NCBI GenBank assembly: GCA_907165135.1
Contig: OU015566.1
Span: 5,766,001 to 5,830,000 of the forward strand
Direction: 5' to 3'
Length of the DNA: 64,000 bases
Origin: Oikopleura dioica
Taxonomy: Eukaryota; Animalia; Chordata
The translations under genes were made by a program, and so were the position numbers. Within the stretch, counting starts at the first letter, position 1; the number at the start of each line of letters is the position of its first letter. Under the pieces are notes generated by a model. The model did not search any database and was not told the DNA's origin. It saw only the letters and a list, made by a program, of their open reading frames with translations. Positions 36,131 through 48,360 of this stretch are shown here, in pieces.

Positions 36131-37194
36131 CAGGGGTCGAAATCCGTTTTAAAAATTGAAAGTCTAGGCTAGGCTGGGCTGGGCGATTTTCCAGCCTTTT
36201 TAGGCTGCTAGTCTGGGCTGGGTATTTCGGGAAAATGAAAAGTCTAGGCTGGCCAAGGCTGACAGACTTAGTCTGTTTTAGGCTGAAAGTCTGCAACCTA
36301 AAAATTCATAAATTTGGTCAAGTCTGCGACTTTAGTCTTGAGACTTCCTTTTCTAGGCTCGTTTAAAATGGCCCATTTTAAACAGGGTTAATAGTCTAAT
36401 TAATAATAGACTCGTTATTTGTCGAGGATTTTTCTCAAATAAGCACTAGGTTACCTAGTCTTGGTAGAGAAATGTCCGAATTTTTCAGAAAAATGAAAAT
36501 TTTTACATATCGCTAAGTTATTCGTAGAGAAATTGCCCGTCAAAATCCTCGTGGCGGTTAAAACCATAGTTGGAAAAAACACGTGCGCGTGCGTGCGTGT
36601 TTCGAAGAGCCCTTGATTAGCGTACACGCCCACTTCTCTTTTTTAAAGCGCACGCACGCGCACGCAAGTTTCGGGTGTTTTTTCCAACTATGGTTAAAAC
36701 GCCACGCTCGCCCAAAGGATAGCAGTGGGTTGCGCAGGTAGTGCACCCCTAAAGGGTGCGGCAGCGCCTGTTTTGCCCAAAATCCCGATTAGCCCACATC
36801 CCGTTTCGCCCAGAATCCTTGATCGCCCATTGTGGGCAAAACGGGAAAATGTGCGGACCGGGAAAATGTGCGATTCAGGATTGGGCAGTCCGTAATAATT
36901 ACTACTAGAATATTAAAAATTGATCATAAAAAATGAAAAATATTCGCCGGCATTTCGATAGTCTAGATAAAAACTAAAAAAAAGTCTGGAAAAGGAAAAT
37001 TTAAGTCTCCGCAAGGCTGACAACCTTAACAGCCTAATTTGATTTAGTCTGTAGTCTGCAGACTTTTAAGTCTAGGCTGGGCTGAAAACGAGCCTAATTT
37101 ATGATGCGATTTTTTGGTAGTCTGTTAGTCTGGCAGCCTTAACCTAGACAGACTAAGACTTTAGGCTGGACAGACTAGTCTGTTTCGACCCCTG
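36131..37194. mobile_element. Non-autonomous hAT-type element with nested hairpin
   Basis: 12-bp TIR caggggtcgaaa/tttcgacccctg; 8-bp TSD acaccaag at 36123-36130 and 37195-37202; subterminal agtctaggctgg repeats; internal inverted repeat at ~36551-36706. Confidence 0.9.
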
Positions 37195-37364
37195 ACACCA
37201 AGCGTTTCTTTGCGTCATAAACATAAAATAAACGAAACCCCGTTTCTGAAAGCACGTTTTCGGAAAGCAGCCCTCATGGTGCGCGCGCGGTGCCACCATT
37301 TATTGACGGTTTTAACCTCTTGACCAGCGAGCAACTCCACCTAGCGCGCGTCTACTCCACTGAC

Positions 37365-37377
37365 CCATATATAAGAA
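37365..37377 (+). promoter_or_regulatory. Candidate TATA box
   Basis: catatataagaa lies ~55 nt upstream of the ATG at 37427. Confidence 0.45.
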
Positions 37378-37426
37378 ACGCGGAGTTGCTAGAAGGTTTA
37401 TAGAGAGAAGAACTGCACAAAAGAGA

Positions 37427-40400
37427 TGAAGCTTTCAGTAGCTGTCATTTCTGCAGCTCTTGCTGCCAGAGAACCAGAGTAAGTAAAGCTCCTGAAGAGT
37501 TCGTTTTTTATATAAATTTTTCGATTAATTTTTCAAAGAAGGCACCAAGTACCTCTTATATGGGATCATAAATCTTATCTTTCCTTTAGTGCAGGTCGTC
37601 GTCTTGCAAAAATCACCGAAAAAGCCAACGAGCTCCTTGGCTACTCTGAGGACTCCAGCGCGTCGGACAGGAAAAAAGAGCAGGTCGCGAAATGGATCGG
37701 AAAAATGCTCGACTCGATGAACAAAATCGACGTTTCAGCTTGCCCCGTCCCCGGCGTCGACGAAGACCGATTCGCCGTCGACGATGACTTCAGCGAACTC
37801 TGCGAGGGATCTGGAAAACTTCCATCGATGATGCGCTCTTATGCACGAAAATTCGGCTGCGACGATGGATTCCCGAAGAAGAAATTTCTCGACAGATTCG
37901 TGAGAAAATCTCACAAGCTGAAGAACGTCATCCGAAAAGCCGGAAAATGCCCCGGCGGAGTTGTGCCAGACCCAAGCGATCCAACTGATGCTCCTGTCAC
38001 TAGTTCTCCGATCGCCAGCGCTTGTCCTGAAAACTTCTGGGCCGATTGCGACGATCTCGACAATACAGAAATCTACTTCACCAACGAGTGGACCTGCCGA
38101 AACTGCTTCCGAGTTAGAGCAACGTACGGCCAAAACACCAATTTCAATTCTTACTTCAGCGCGGCTCGAGGTAACGTGACTTCCAAAATTAGCAATATTT
38201 TATTGTAAACATTCAGGCGACTTCGTCAGCGTAAGATTTACGGAGCCCGTTGTTTGGCAAACATGGAACCATCCCGTCAGTGCTGTCACCGAAGTTGGCA
38301 ATGACAACACTTTCAAAATCGACTTCAAGCCAGATGGAAACTTCATGTCTGGCATGCTCTTCGAAGGAAATCTCCAGACTTCGGACGACGATCTTTTTGT
38401 CGACGGAAACTGGATCATCGAATCAGCCCAGCACTGTCGCTGCCGACCTGGAACAACGACAACTCCAACAACTACTCCGGACACGACTCCGGATACGACT
38501 CCGGAAACTCCGGAAACTCCACCACCATGTGTCGATCCTTGCGAAGACAGAGACAACTGTGATACTCTCGTCGATAGCTGTGAGATTCATCCAAGCGGTG
38601 GAAACGTCCTCGGCACCGTCGATGGCGACGCTATCTACACTGCATCCGTTGATGTTTTCTGCCACAAATCCAGCGGGCACGGATGGCAGAACGTCGTTCA
38701 CATGACTCGAGGAGGCAGTCGAGACCAATTCGGAGACCGATATCTTGCGATCTTCCAGCACGCCGACGGTAGTCTCAAGCTCAATGGACCAATCAAGGGG
38801 AATGCCTTCAACGAAGTTGAATACTACGTTGACTGTGATGACCAAACCTGGACCACGATCAAAATTGAGCAGAGAGAAATCGAAGGCGACTTGCTCCAGC
38901 TGACAATGTACCAAGACAGAGTTGCTCTCGGAAGCAATTTCATCAACCCACTGAGCGCTTATTCCGGCCCAATTACTGTCTACGGGTCTAACCCGTTCCA
39001 CAGCTCCGCTAGTCTTTTCAAAATTCGAAATTTCTGGCACACATCTGAGCCCTACATTGGTCCCCCTTGTGTACCTGTCGACCCCTGTGTCGGTCTTGAC
39101 AATTGCGAGACTTACATTGACAGCTGCATGATCGCTCCCTTCGCTGGAAACCAGATCGCGACGACAAATGGCTACGAGCAATTCAAAATAAGTGCGGAAG
39201 TTCGATGCACTGACCGACGCGCTCCAACGTGGGAGAATGTTTTGCATGTCAACACGGGCACTAGTCGCGAAGTTTTTGGAGATCGCTACTTCACAATTTG
39301 GAAGAAGCAAGGATCTGTCAACGAAATTCGAATCGTCGCTCCTGTTCTTGGCAATCCCAATGATGAGTTGAACGCTTACGTCAACTGCGAAGAAGGATGG
39401 CATACATTCGCTGTCCAACAAACTGCTGTCGATAGACGACAGATGAACGTTGAAATTCTCTTCGACGGAGAAGTAATCGAGAGCCAACTCGTTCGAAAGC
39501 AGGATGTTTTCAACGGCTCCTTGAATGTTGAAGTTGCTTCTGACTTTGGCTGGCCAGCTGCCACTGATCACTACGTCCGAAACTTCATCCACCAAGATTT
39601 GTCTTGCCCAGATCCTTGCTTCGGTGAAGAAAACTGCGAAACTTTCGTTGACGCTTGCGAAATTTTCCCAAGTGCTTCAAACCAGCTTTCCACAATCCAG
39701 GCTTCCGCTAATTTCAAGGCATCGATCGACATTCAGTGCAATCACAACATGGACATGGGTCGATGGTTGAACATCTTCCACATGAGCGCTGGAGGCGAAG
39801 CTGGTAACCCAGGAGATCGATTCTTTGCTGCTTGGAGACAGCCAAATGACCAGCGACTGTATTTTGCTCGAGGAGTTCCACATGGTGGATTCGCTGAGTA
39901 CAAAAACGTCGACTGTGTTGATGGAGAGTGGAACACCTACACTCTCGAACAACGACAAGATGAAGACTCTCCCGACACCGTCAGAATGACTTTCTCAATT
40001 GACGATGAAGTTGTCACAAACAACGTCTACCCGACCAGCGATGTTTTCACTGGATCCGTCGATGTCTTCTCCTCAAGAAAGTCTAACCCTGCGGATGTTG
40101 CTTCTGAATTTGCCGTACGAAATTTCTTCTACCAAACCTTCGAAGAAGTCGAGCCTCGAGTATGCGAAGATCGATCTGACCCATGCGACGGTCTCGAAGA
40201 CTGCCAAACTTTCATCGACTCTTGCATTGCCAACCCATCGGCAAGCAACAATCTCGGAAGCATCGAAACAACTGAGAACTTCAGAACCTCGATTGATATC
40301 CAATGCAATCACGGTATGGACATGGGAAGATGGCTCAACATCTTCCACATCAGCGCTGGAGGCGAAGCCGGAAGCCCAGGAGACCGATTCTTTGCTGGAT

Positions 40401-42973
40401 GGAGAAAGCCTAATGAACAGCAATTGTACTTCGCTCTCGGTGTTCCAGAAGGAGGATTTGCTCAGTACAAAACTTTTGACTGCGTCGATCAAGAATGGAA
40501 CACCTACGTTCTCGAACAGCGACAGGACTCATCTAACCCAAATATCGTCGTTTTGACTTTCTCGATTGACGGAAATGAAATCGCATCATACAGTTACGCA
40601 ACTTCTGCTGTTTTGTCCGGCACCAATGTCGATGTTTTCTCATCCAGAAAAACTGCTCTCGTTGATGTCGCATGGAACTTTGCTGTTCGAAATTTCTACC
40701 ACCAATATTTCGCCCTTGACGTTCCAGCTCCATGCACTGCTACCGATCCTTGCCAGGACGAAGACGATTGTCAGACCTTCATCAACTCCTGCGAGGCCTT
40801 CCCTGCGGCAAGCAACCAGCTTGGATCAATCAACACCAGTGTCAACTTCCGAACTTCTATCGATATTCAATGTTCCCACAGCATGGAAAACGGACGATGG
40901 CGAAATATTTTCCACATTAGCGCTGGAAATGAAGCCGGAAGCCCTGGTGATCGATTCTTTGCTGCATGGAAGAGGCCAAACAATCAGCAATTGTACTTCG
41001 CTCTCGGCGTTCCAGAAGGAGGATTTGCTCAATACCAAACGCTCGATTGCGTCGATGGCGAGTGGAACACTTACGCTCTTGAACAGCGACAGAACGAAGT
41101 CAATCCAAACATGGTCGAACTAGTCTTCACCAAAGATGACGTCGAAATCGCCTCATACAACTACGAAAGCGCCGCCGTTCTCTCCGACACAAACGTCGAT
41201 GTTTTCTTGTCCCGAAAATCACGAAATGATGATGTCGCCTGGAAATATCCAGTCCGAAACTTCTTCCATAAATCTTTTGATCTCGTCTCCCCTGCTCCAT
41301 GCACTTCAAGCGATCCTTGCGACGGTGTTGATGACTGCCAGACCTTCATCGATTCCTGCGAGAGCTTCCCTTCAGCTGGAAATCAGCTCGGATCTATCAA
41401 CACCAGCGTCAACTTCCGAACATCCATCGATATCCAGTGCAGCCACAGCATGGACAACGGCCGATGGCTGAACATCTTCCACATCAGTGCCGGAAACGAA
41501 GCAGGAAACCCCGGAGACCGATTTTTCGCTGCTTGGAAGAGGCCAAACAACCAGCAACTTTACTTTGCTCTCGGTGTTCCAGTCGGCGGTTTCGCCCAAT
41601 ACAAAACTCTTGACTGCGTTGATGGCGAATGGAACACTTACGTTCTTGAGCAGCGACAGGATAAGAGCAATCTCGACACAGTTCAAATTGTCTTCTCTAG
41701 AGATGGAGAGGAGATTGCTTCCTACACATACGATGCCGCCATTGTTCTCTCTGACACCAACGTCGATGTTTTCTCTTCCCGAAAGACGAACAACAATGAT
41801 GTTGCCTGGCTCTACCCCGTCCGAAATTTCTTCCACCAATCCTTCGATTTCTGCGAAGATCCTTGTGCTGGCGAAGAAAACTGCTCTGTCATCGTCGACT
41901 CTTGCGAAATCAATCCTTCCAAAAACAACCAAGTCGCAACCGCACCTGCTGCGTTGAACTACAAAATGTCAGCTGATGTTTTCTGCGCTGATTTGTACAC
42001 CGTAAGCAACCCGTGGATTAATATTGCCCATGTGACTGGAGGAGATGATCACAGCTCACCCGGAAGTCGAAACTTTGCGATCTGGAGACATCCAAGAGAA
42101 AACAAGCTCCACTTCCACACCAACAACCCCAACGGCAACCACAATGACCACTCTGACTACACACCGTTCGTTTGCACCCCTGGCGAGTGGAACACATTCA
42201 CCATCGAAGTTAGACAAGCTGAAGAGGCCCCATTGGCGCTCAGATACACTGTCAGCATTGACGGCGCTGAAGTGAAAACCGGACTTTACTCCTCAACAGG
42301 AGCCTTGACTTCTGGAGATCTCCAATTTTTCGTTGGGGATCCTTGGTACAACGCAGCTTCTGGCTACTTCGTTCGAAACTTCATCTACCAAACGTTTGAA
42401 GACCGAGTTGTCAGTTGCGATGATCCATGCGAAGGAGAAGAGAACTGTGTTTCCGTTGTTGATTCTTGCGGCGTCAACCCAACGAAGAACACTGAAGTTG
42501 CCACAGCGCCTGCTGCTCTCAACTACAAAATCTCAGCTGATGTGTTCTGCGCCGAATTGTACACAGTTAGCAACCCATGGATCAATGTCATTCACGTGAC
42601 TGGAGGCGATGACAGGGGCACACCCGGAAGTCGAACCTTCGCTATGTGGAGACACCCAAGACAAAATAAACTTCATTTGCATACGAATAATCCAAATGGC
42701 AACCACAACGACCACTCAGACTACACCCCATTCGTTTGCACCGCTGGCGAGTGGAATAACTTCTCCGTCGAAGTCCGTCAAGTCGAAGGCTCTCCCTCGA
42801 CCCTCAGCTACGTCGTGAGCATCGATGGAACTGAAATGAAGACTGGCACTTACTCCTCGACCGGAGCCTTGACTTCTGGCGATCTCCAGTTTTTCGTTGC
42901 TGATCCATGGTACAACTCTGCTGATGGTTACTTCGTCAAGAACGTTGTCTACCAGACATTTGAAGAGATCTAA
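37427..42973 (+). CDS. Giant secreted protein (~1800 aa) with 8 tandem ~185-aa Cys-bounded beta-rich modules (oikosin/house-protein-like)
   Basis: Signal MKLSVAVISAALA, helical N-domain (ORF 37705), a Trp-containing domain, PT linker, then 8 repeats starting xDPCxxxxxC in ORF 38345-42973. aataaa follows the stop. Confidence 0.85.
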
Positions 42974-43461
42974 GTCGCCCTGAAGAACTACCCTCTGTTT
43001 AAAAATATTTTTACTTCTTTTAAATATTTGCTTGCTAACTATATATTCTCCTTTGAATAAAACAAACTCAATCAAGAAAAAAAGTATTAAATAGTCATTT
43101 AGCATTCCTGAAAGATTTTTTTTATTCCAATGTTTATTTTATTTTATCAGGGCAGATATTGATAAAGAAAGAAAAATACTAAATGAACTCTAGAAATTAT
43201 AGGTGGTTTTGAGATTCGAGAAGGAATTTGGTATTGAAAGAAGATTCATGGTAGATTCGGAAGTGCAGTGAGAACTTTCACAATTACGGTCAATTAGGTG
43301 GTTTTTTTTTCGTTTTCGATGAAGGTTTTTTTCAATAATCGGTAGATATAAAAAAATCAAAGACGATGGCACGAGACGAAAATGGCCCTGAAGTCGTTCA
43401 GGGGTGTTATTAGGTGGTTTCAATTCGATGAAGGTTTCAAATATTTACAAAGTATAAGACT

Positions 43462-46400
43462 TTAAATGAAGAACACTTCATTCTGGAAGCGCTCCAGGAC
43501 TTGAACTCGTAGTTTGTGATCGCCGTCGATTCTTCTAAATCCGTTGGCTCTGAGCTCATGTCCGAGGGCAGTTCCTTTCCAGTGATTTCGGGCTCGCTCG
43601 GTCAGAAGATTGGCGAGGAAGACAGGCGTGGTGTGGGAGGTGCTGCAATCAACGATGAGAACGGTCAAAAATGAAAATTTAAACTTACGATTTGTTGCAT
43701 CTTTGAGTAGCCATGCTCAGCGCGTAAGTCATGTTCACCATGTTTTGGAGCTCGATGCCATTGTCGTCGTGGAGGACGCTGTAGAAGGTCGGGTTGGCGC
43801 AGCCGATAGCAGAGTGCGACATAAGATGGAAACTGTATGAGTCTACAAATGCTCTTTATTGACATTCAATCAAAAACGATCGAACCTGGCGTTCCATTTC
43901 CAAAGCCACTGACGCAAGTCCCAATTGGCACATTTTTTCCCATTCCAGTCTCGTCCTTTTTGTCAGCAGCAAAGAATTTCTGGTGGCTTGAGCGGATCGC
44001 GCAGATGAATGTGATTCCCGGCTGGTAGTCCGCTTTCAATTCGGCCAACGCCTCGCGGATTCCTTAAACAAGTCTTTAATTTCTATAAACAAAAACCAAA
44101 ATACCCATGAGCTCGTTCTTCAGAATCGCTTGGAATGCTCCTTCAGAGCCGCCTCCTCTGTAAATAATGATACGCTCTGGTAGCGCATTACTATTCCCAT
44201 CTCTGTATTTTGAGAGGAGAGCGGCCATCGCATCCTTGAGCACTCGCTTTGCAACGATGTTGAGACCTGGGTGCTGGACATCGACGTAGTTTTTGTAGCC
44301 AAGAGCTCCTTGTGCCGTGCTTGCCACAAAACCAGCGATCGTGGGGTCGGCTGAATCTTTCTCCGCATGGCTCAATCCGTAGCCCATGACCATTAATGGC
44401 ACAGGGCTTTCGGGAAGAGGGATTTGGATTTTCCAATTGTGACCGCCCAACTTCTTGTTGATCTAGAACTCAGAGTTGAAATATTAAAAGCGGTGTTTTC
44501 GTTTACCTTGTACCAAATATTCCTGAGTGATATTCGATTGTTCTCCATGACAGTTATGGGGAGAATGCATTGCGTCATCACCGAGTGATTGAGCTCCGCC
44601 GCGACTTTGACAAGACTGTAGTCATCCTTGTTGCGTCCACAGCAGACCAAAATGAATGCCAAGTTGGCCCAGGCTTTAGGATCCGCCTTTTTCATTCTGG
44701 CGCACCAGCCGTCAAAATCAAGCCCAGTTTCAAACCATTCTGAAAAAAGCGGCGCGCCCATCGGTACTCCTAGCTCAGTTCCGATTTTGCAGAGATGTTG
44801 TCCAGCCTCGTTCCAGTAGCGTCCAAACTCATTTTGATTTTCGCCAATGACGACGCGCATCCAGTTGCGATTGACCGGAGCAGCGGGTTGCTCGAACTGA
44901 GAAATATTCCAGCTGTTATCGTCGTTTGGCTTGACGTCGATTTCTTCTCCTTGATTCGCGAAAATCTTTGGCGTGACAAGAACGTGGCCTTCAGCTTCCA
45001 TCACCGTTTTTGAGAGTCGAAGTCCGTATGTCTCCAAAACTTGTCGGTCGAAGAGCTCCTTGTTTTCAACAATCTCTTGGATTTTAGCTTGTCGATCTGG
45101 AGCTGGCTCGGCTGTCGCACGGATGAAATCAGCTTGAGTTTTTTCGCTGATGAGACCTTTCGGTCTTTGTCCGCCTAGAAGACGGACATTTTCAAGGGGG
45201 AATTTCACGACTTGATTTCCTTTCGGCGCTTTTTTGTGCTTTGCCGTGGTTTCTACGACGACGTACTGGCCGTTGAGATGATTGAATCCGGCGCGGCGGA
45301 AGTGATCGTACATATTTTTGACACACTCGTTGCGTGAATCGTACATCTCAGTATGCGCAATCGGATATCTGGAGAATTTGGAGAATTTGTAGTATTGTCG
45401 ATCGCCTCCTATGACTTCGATGTCAAGATGCTTCAAGCTCTCTTCAAGCAGATGATGTCGCCCTTCGTATTCCTCAAACAGATCGGTCATCAGACTTTGA
45501 CGAAACATAAGAGCGTGCGCCAAGTCCAAATTCAGAGTAAGAGCATTCTTGCCAATCGACTTCCAGTGACTGATCTTAGCACTTTGGCAGATACCATGCC
45601 ATACTGTTTTGCCTCCTGGGATGTTTCGCTTGTCACTGTCGGTGTTGACAATGTCGCAGAAGGCTGCGCGGCCTTTTGAGAGATACCTGAAGATTTTTTA
45701 AGTTCAAATCAATTCTTAGATCTTTATGAATGTGTTTCAAATCAGGTATTATTATCTAACTTACTGTGCTCTTGCGGCTGGAAGAGTTCGCATAATGATT
45801 TCAACTGCTTGAATGACATCTGAAGGCGGGACATCAACGTTAAGCCCATTGATATAATCACTGACAGTAGATAAGCTTATACCAAGTCGAAAGAGAAATT
45901 TGCCCTCCACATGATCTTTCTTTCCATTTTCTCGCGGGACATCAGCGAGTCCGAACTCAAATTCGTTCCTTCGCTTGTCTTCCTGGACCCAGCCGACATC
46001 TTCAACTCGAAAAAGTCCGATTCCACGGAACTCTTTGTAGAGCAGCATGCAGCTTTCGCCGTCAAAAGCAATCGGTGCGCCGAGCATTCGTCCGAGTTTT
46101 GCGATGACGGTCCTTCTTTCCTTTTTCTTGAGCTCAGGTGGGCGGCCCTTCGAGGCTTTGACGGTGCAGCTTAGAAGCTCGTAGACGTAGAAACGAGAGC
46201 TTGGATTGATTTCGATACGGTAGGCATTTGTTTTCAGAGGAATTTTGCGACCTTCTGAAAGGGAGCCATTCATCTTCGCAATTGGAAGGTCCTCAAGTTC
46301 CTTTGATCTCTCGCGAACTGTAAATTAAATTTTAACAGCTAAGAACAACATAAAAAGTGACTTACTTTCTTGCTTTTCTCTTCGCTCCTCGTGATTGGCA

Positions 46401-48360
46401 GTGTCGCGAACGATATCCGCCTGGATTTTGAGTCGATCATGCGCACGAGCTACTTCGGCTTTGTAGCTGAGCAGCTGGTCCTCGCCCTGGTAATGCATTC
46501 GGGCGATCTTCTCCTTCGTCTCTTGCCGTTTTTCATCCTTAAAAAGTTTCTATTTTTAAAGAATCAAGGATTTCTCCATCAACCAGAGCCTAATGTTCAA
46601 ATAAACATTTGACTTTACCTTCTAAAATGCTCAGAAAAGTCTGTTTTTTTACTAACAACCCTTGCAAACCCGATTTCGGGAAAAAGTGAAATCGGGAGAC
46701 TTTAACGGAGTGCATCCACTTTATTATTTATCATTTATGGTCCCTTATATAGATATTCGAAATATCAATACGGATACCCAGGATAGTCGGAATTTAGGTT
46801 CCCGGAATTTTTTTTGAAATCATCTTTGTCTTGATAGTGAATTCACTTAAAATAACTGTGAGCGAGCGCGAGTGAGCGCAAGCAGGGACCTAGGAATTTT
46901 CTGGTGAGTGAGCGAGCGCGAGCAGAGGTTCTCGAAATTATGATGAGTGAGTGAGCATGAGCGCTCGCTCACTCGCTCGCGCTCGCTCGTGGCTCGCGCT
47001 CACTACTTTTTCAAACACTGATTTTGAGGTGAAGGCCAGCTCAGCTCAGCTCAGCTCACTTTGACCTCAGCTCAGCCAGCTCAGCTCAATGGTTCTTCGA
47101 AAAGAGCCAGCTCAGCTCAGCTAGCTCAATTTTAACCTCAGCTCTGCTAGCTCAGCTCAGCTAATTGAGCTCACAAAGATCAAACTATTTTTGATTGGTC
47201 TTTTTTTCAAAAACTTCGACGTATTTTCTATTCATGCTTTCCTGTTGGTCAATAAAAATAATACGAGTTTTCTTTGAGGAAAGAGAGAAATTAAATGAAT
47301 AAGGGCTTTCAATGTAAAAATAATAAAGTACAGATGGTAAATATGTGAGAGACTGGTCTAGGGGTGTGCAAGGGCAGGGACTCCCTGTCCGTCTACGCTA
47401 GAAGGTGGAAACATCGGCTCACCCACATAAATATAATGTGTATGTAACCACTGTATAATATTTCGGAGGATTCCTTATGGACCATAAGTTATGGTTAAAT
47501 GACAGAATAAATTTTTTTATGTCAAAAAAGTGCGATGTTGCTTGTGAGATGCTGGTCTAGGGGTGTGTGAAGGCAGAGGGTCCCTGTCCATCTCCTCAAG
47601 AAGGTTGAAATTCGCTTCAACACATTTTTTGGCATATTTTCTTAGTAAATAAAAATCATCAAATCATCAAAGTTTTTCAAAAAGTCTTCAACATCAAAGT
47701 TGTTCAGCTTGAGCTGCTCTATCATCCTATCATGACAGATTTTGAAAAAAACAGCGATTTGAGAAGGCCGCTTTTTGCGACTGGGCCCTACTCATAGCAA
47801 AATCCTGGTGTCTTCGCTCGCGCTCGCTCGCTCACGAAAAAATCAAGAGGGTCTGCTCGGGCTCGCTCACTCATGTTAAAATTCTGAGAGCCTCTGCTCG
47901 CGTTTACTCGCTCACGAGAGTTTTGACCATTATTTCAAACACTGATCATTACAGTTCTGAAATACGCTACCGATCAAGACTTAATTTAAGATGAATTATC
48001 AAAACAAGCGCCGGGCCATTTTCGATTCCAAAATACATACTGTAAATATGATATAGAGCTTGCTTATTGTTTATCTAAAAGCAGATGATCTCTGGCACAA
48101 TGCCAGAAAAAGGCTACATAAGATAGCAGACTGAGTCTGTTTTAAATGGAGGGAATTTTAAAAGACGATAAAGCCAAAATCAATGAGTGCATTACCCTTT
48201 CGTTTCTTGGGCCACCGCCTCGGCCACGACCTCGTCCTCTGCCACCGCCGCGTCCTCCTCGGTGATACTGCCCGCCATCTCTCGACTGCGACCGGCTTCG
48301 ATCGTGGTAGTCGCGTTGGTGGTGTCGCCCTTCTCGCTCTCTGCGGCCGTATCCACTCAT
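43462..48360 (-). CDS. Divergent Argonaute/PIWI-family protein lacking the slicer tetrad
   Basis: RG-rich exon 1 (MSGYGRR..RGRGRGRGGG), N domain (GRKIPLKTNAYRI), L1 (VWHGICQS..LNLD), PAZ (VKFPLENV), MID (YSLVK..TQC..YKINKKLGG) and PIWI (GYGLSH, IIYRGGGSEG, PVFLANLLTERAR), ending VFFI*. Confidence 0.92.
46855..47944. repeat. Repeat cluster inside the 1.66-kb Argonaute intron
   Basis: GAGC/GCTC-rich blocks are inverted between 46855-46960 and 47810-47920; tttcaaacactg ends at 47009-47020 and 47933-47944; CAGCT array at 47036-47172; ~65-bp direct repeats at ~47348-47412 and ~47547-47612. Confidence 0.75.

Noticed and set aside
38423-39595. 390-aa antisense ORF
   Set aside because: Antisense shadow of the codon-biased giant repeat gene.
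38530-42973. Regularly spaced repeats as a possible CRISPR-like array
   Set aside because: They are ~555-bp protein-coding modules in one ORF, in a eukaryotic context with no cas genes.
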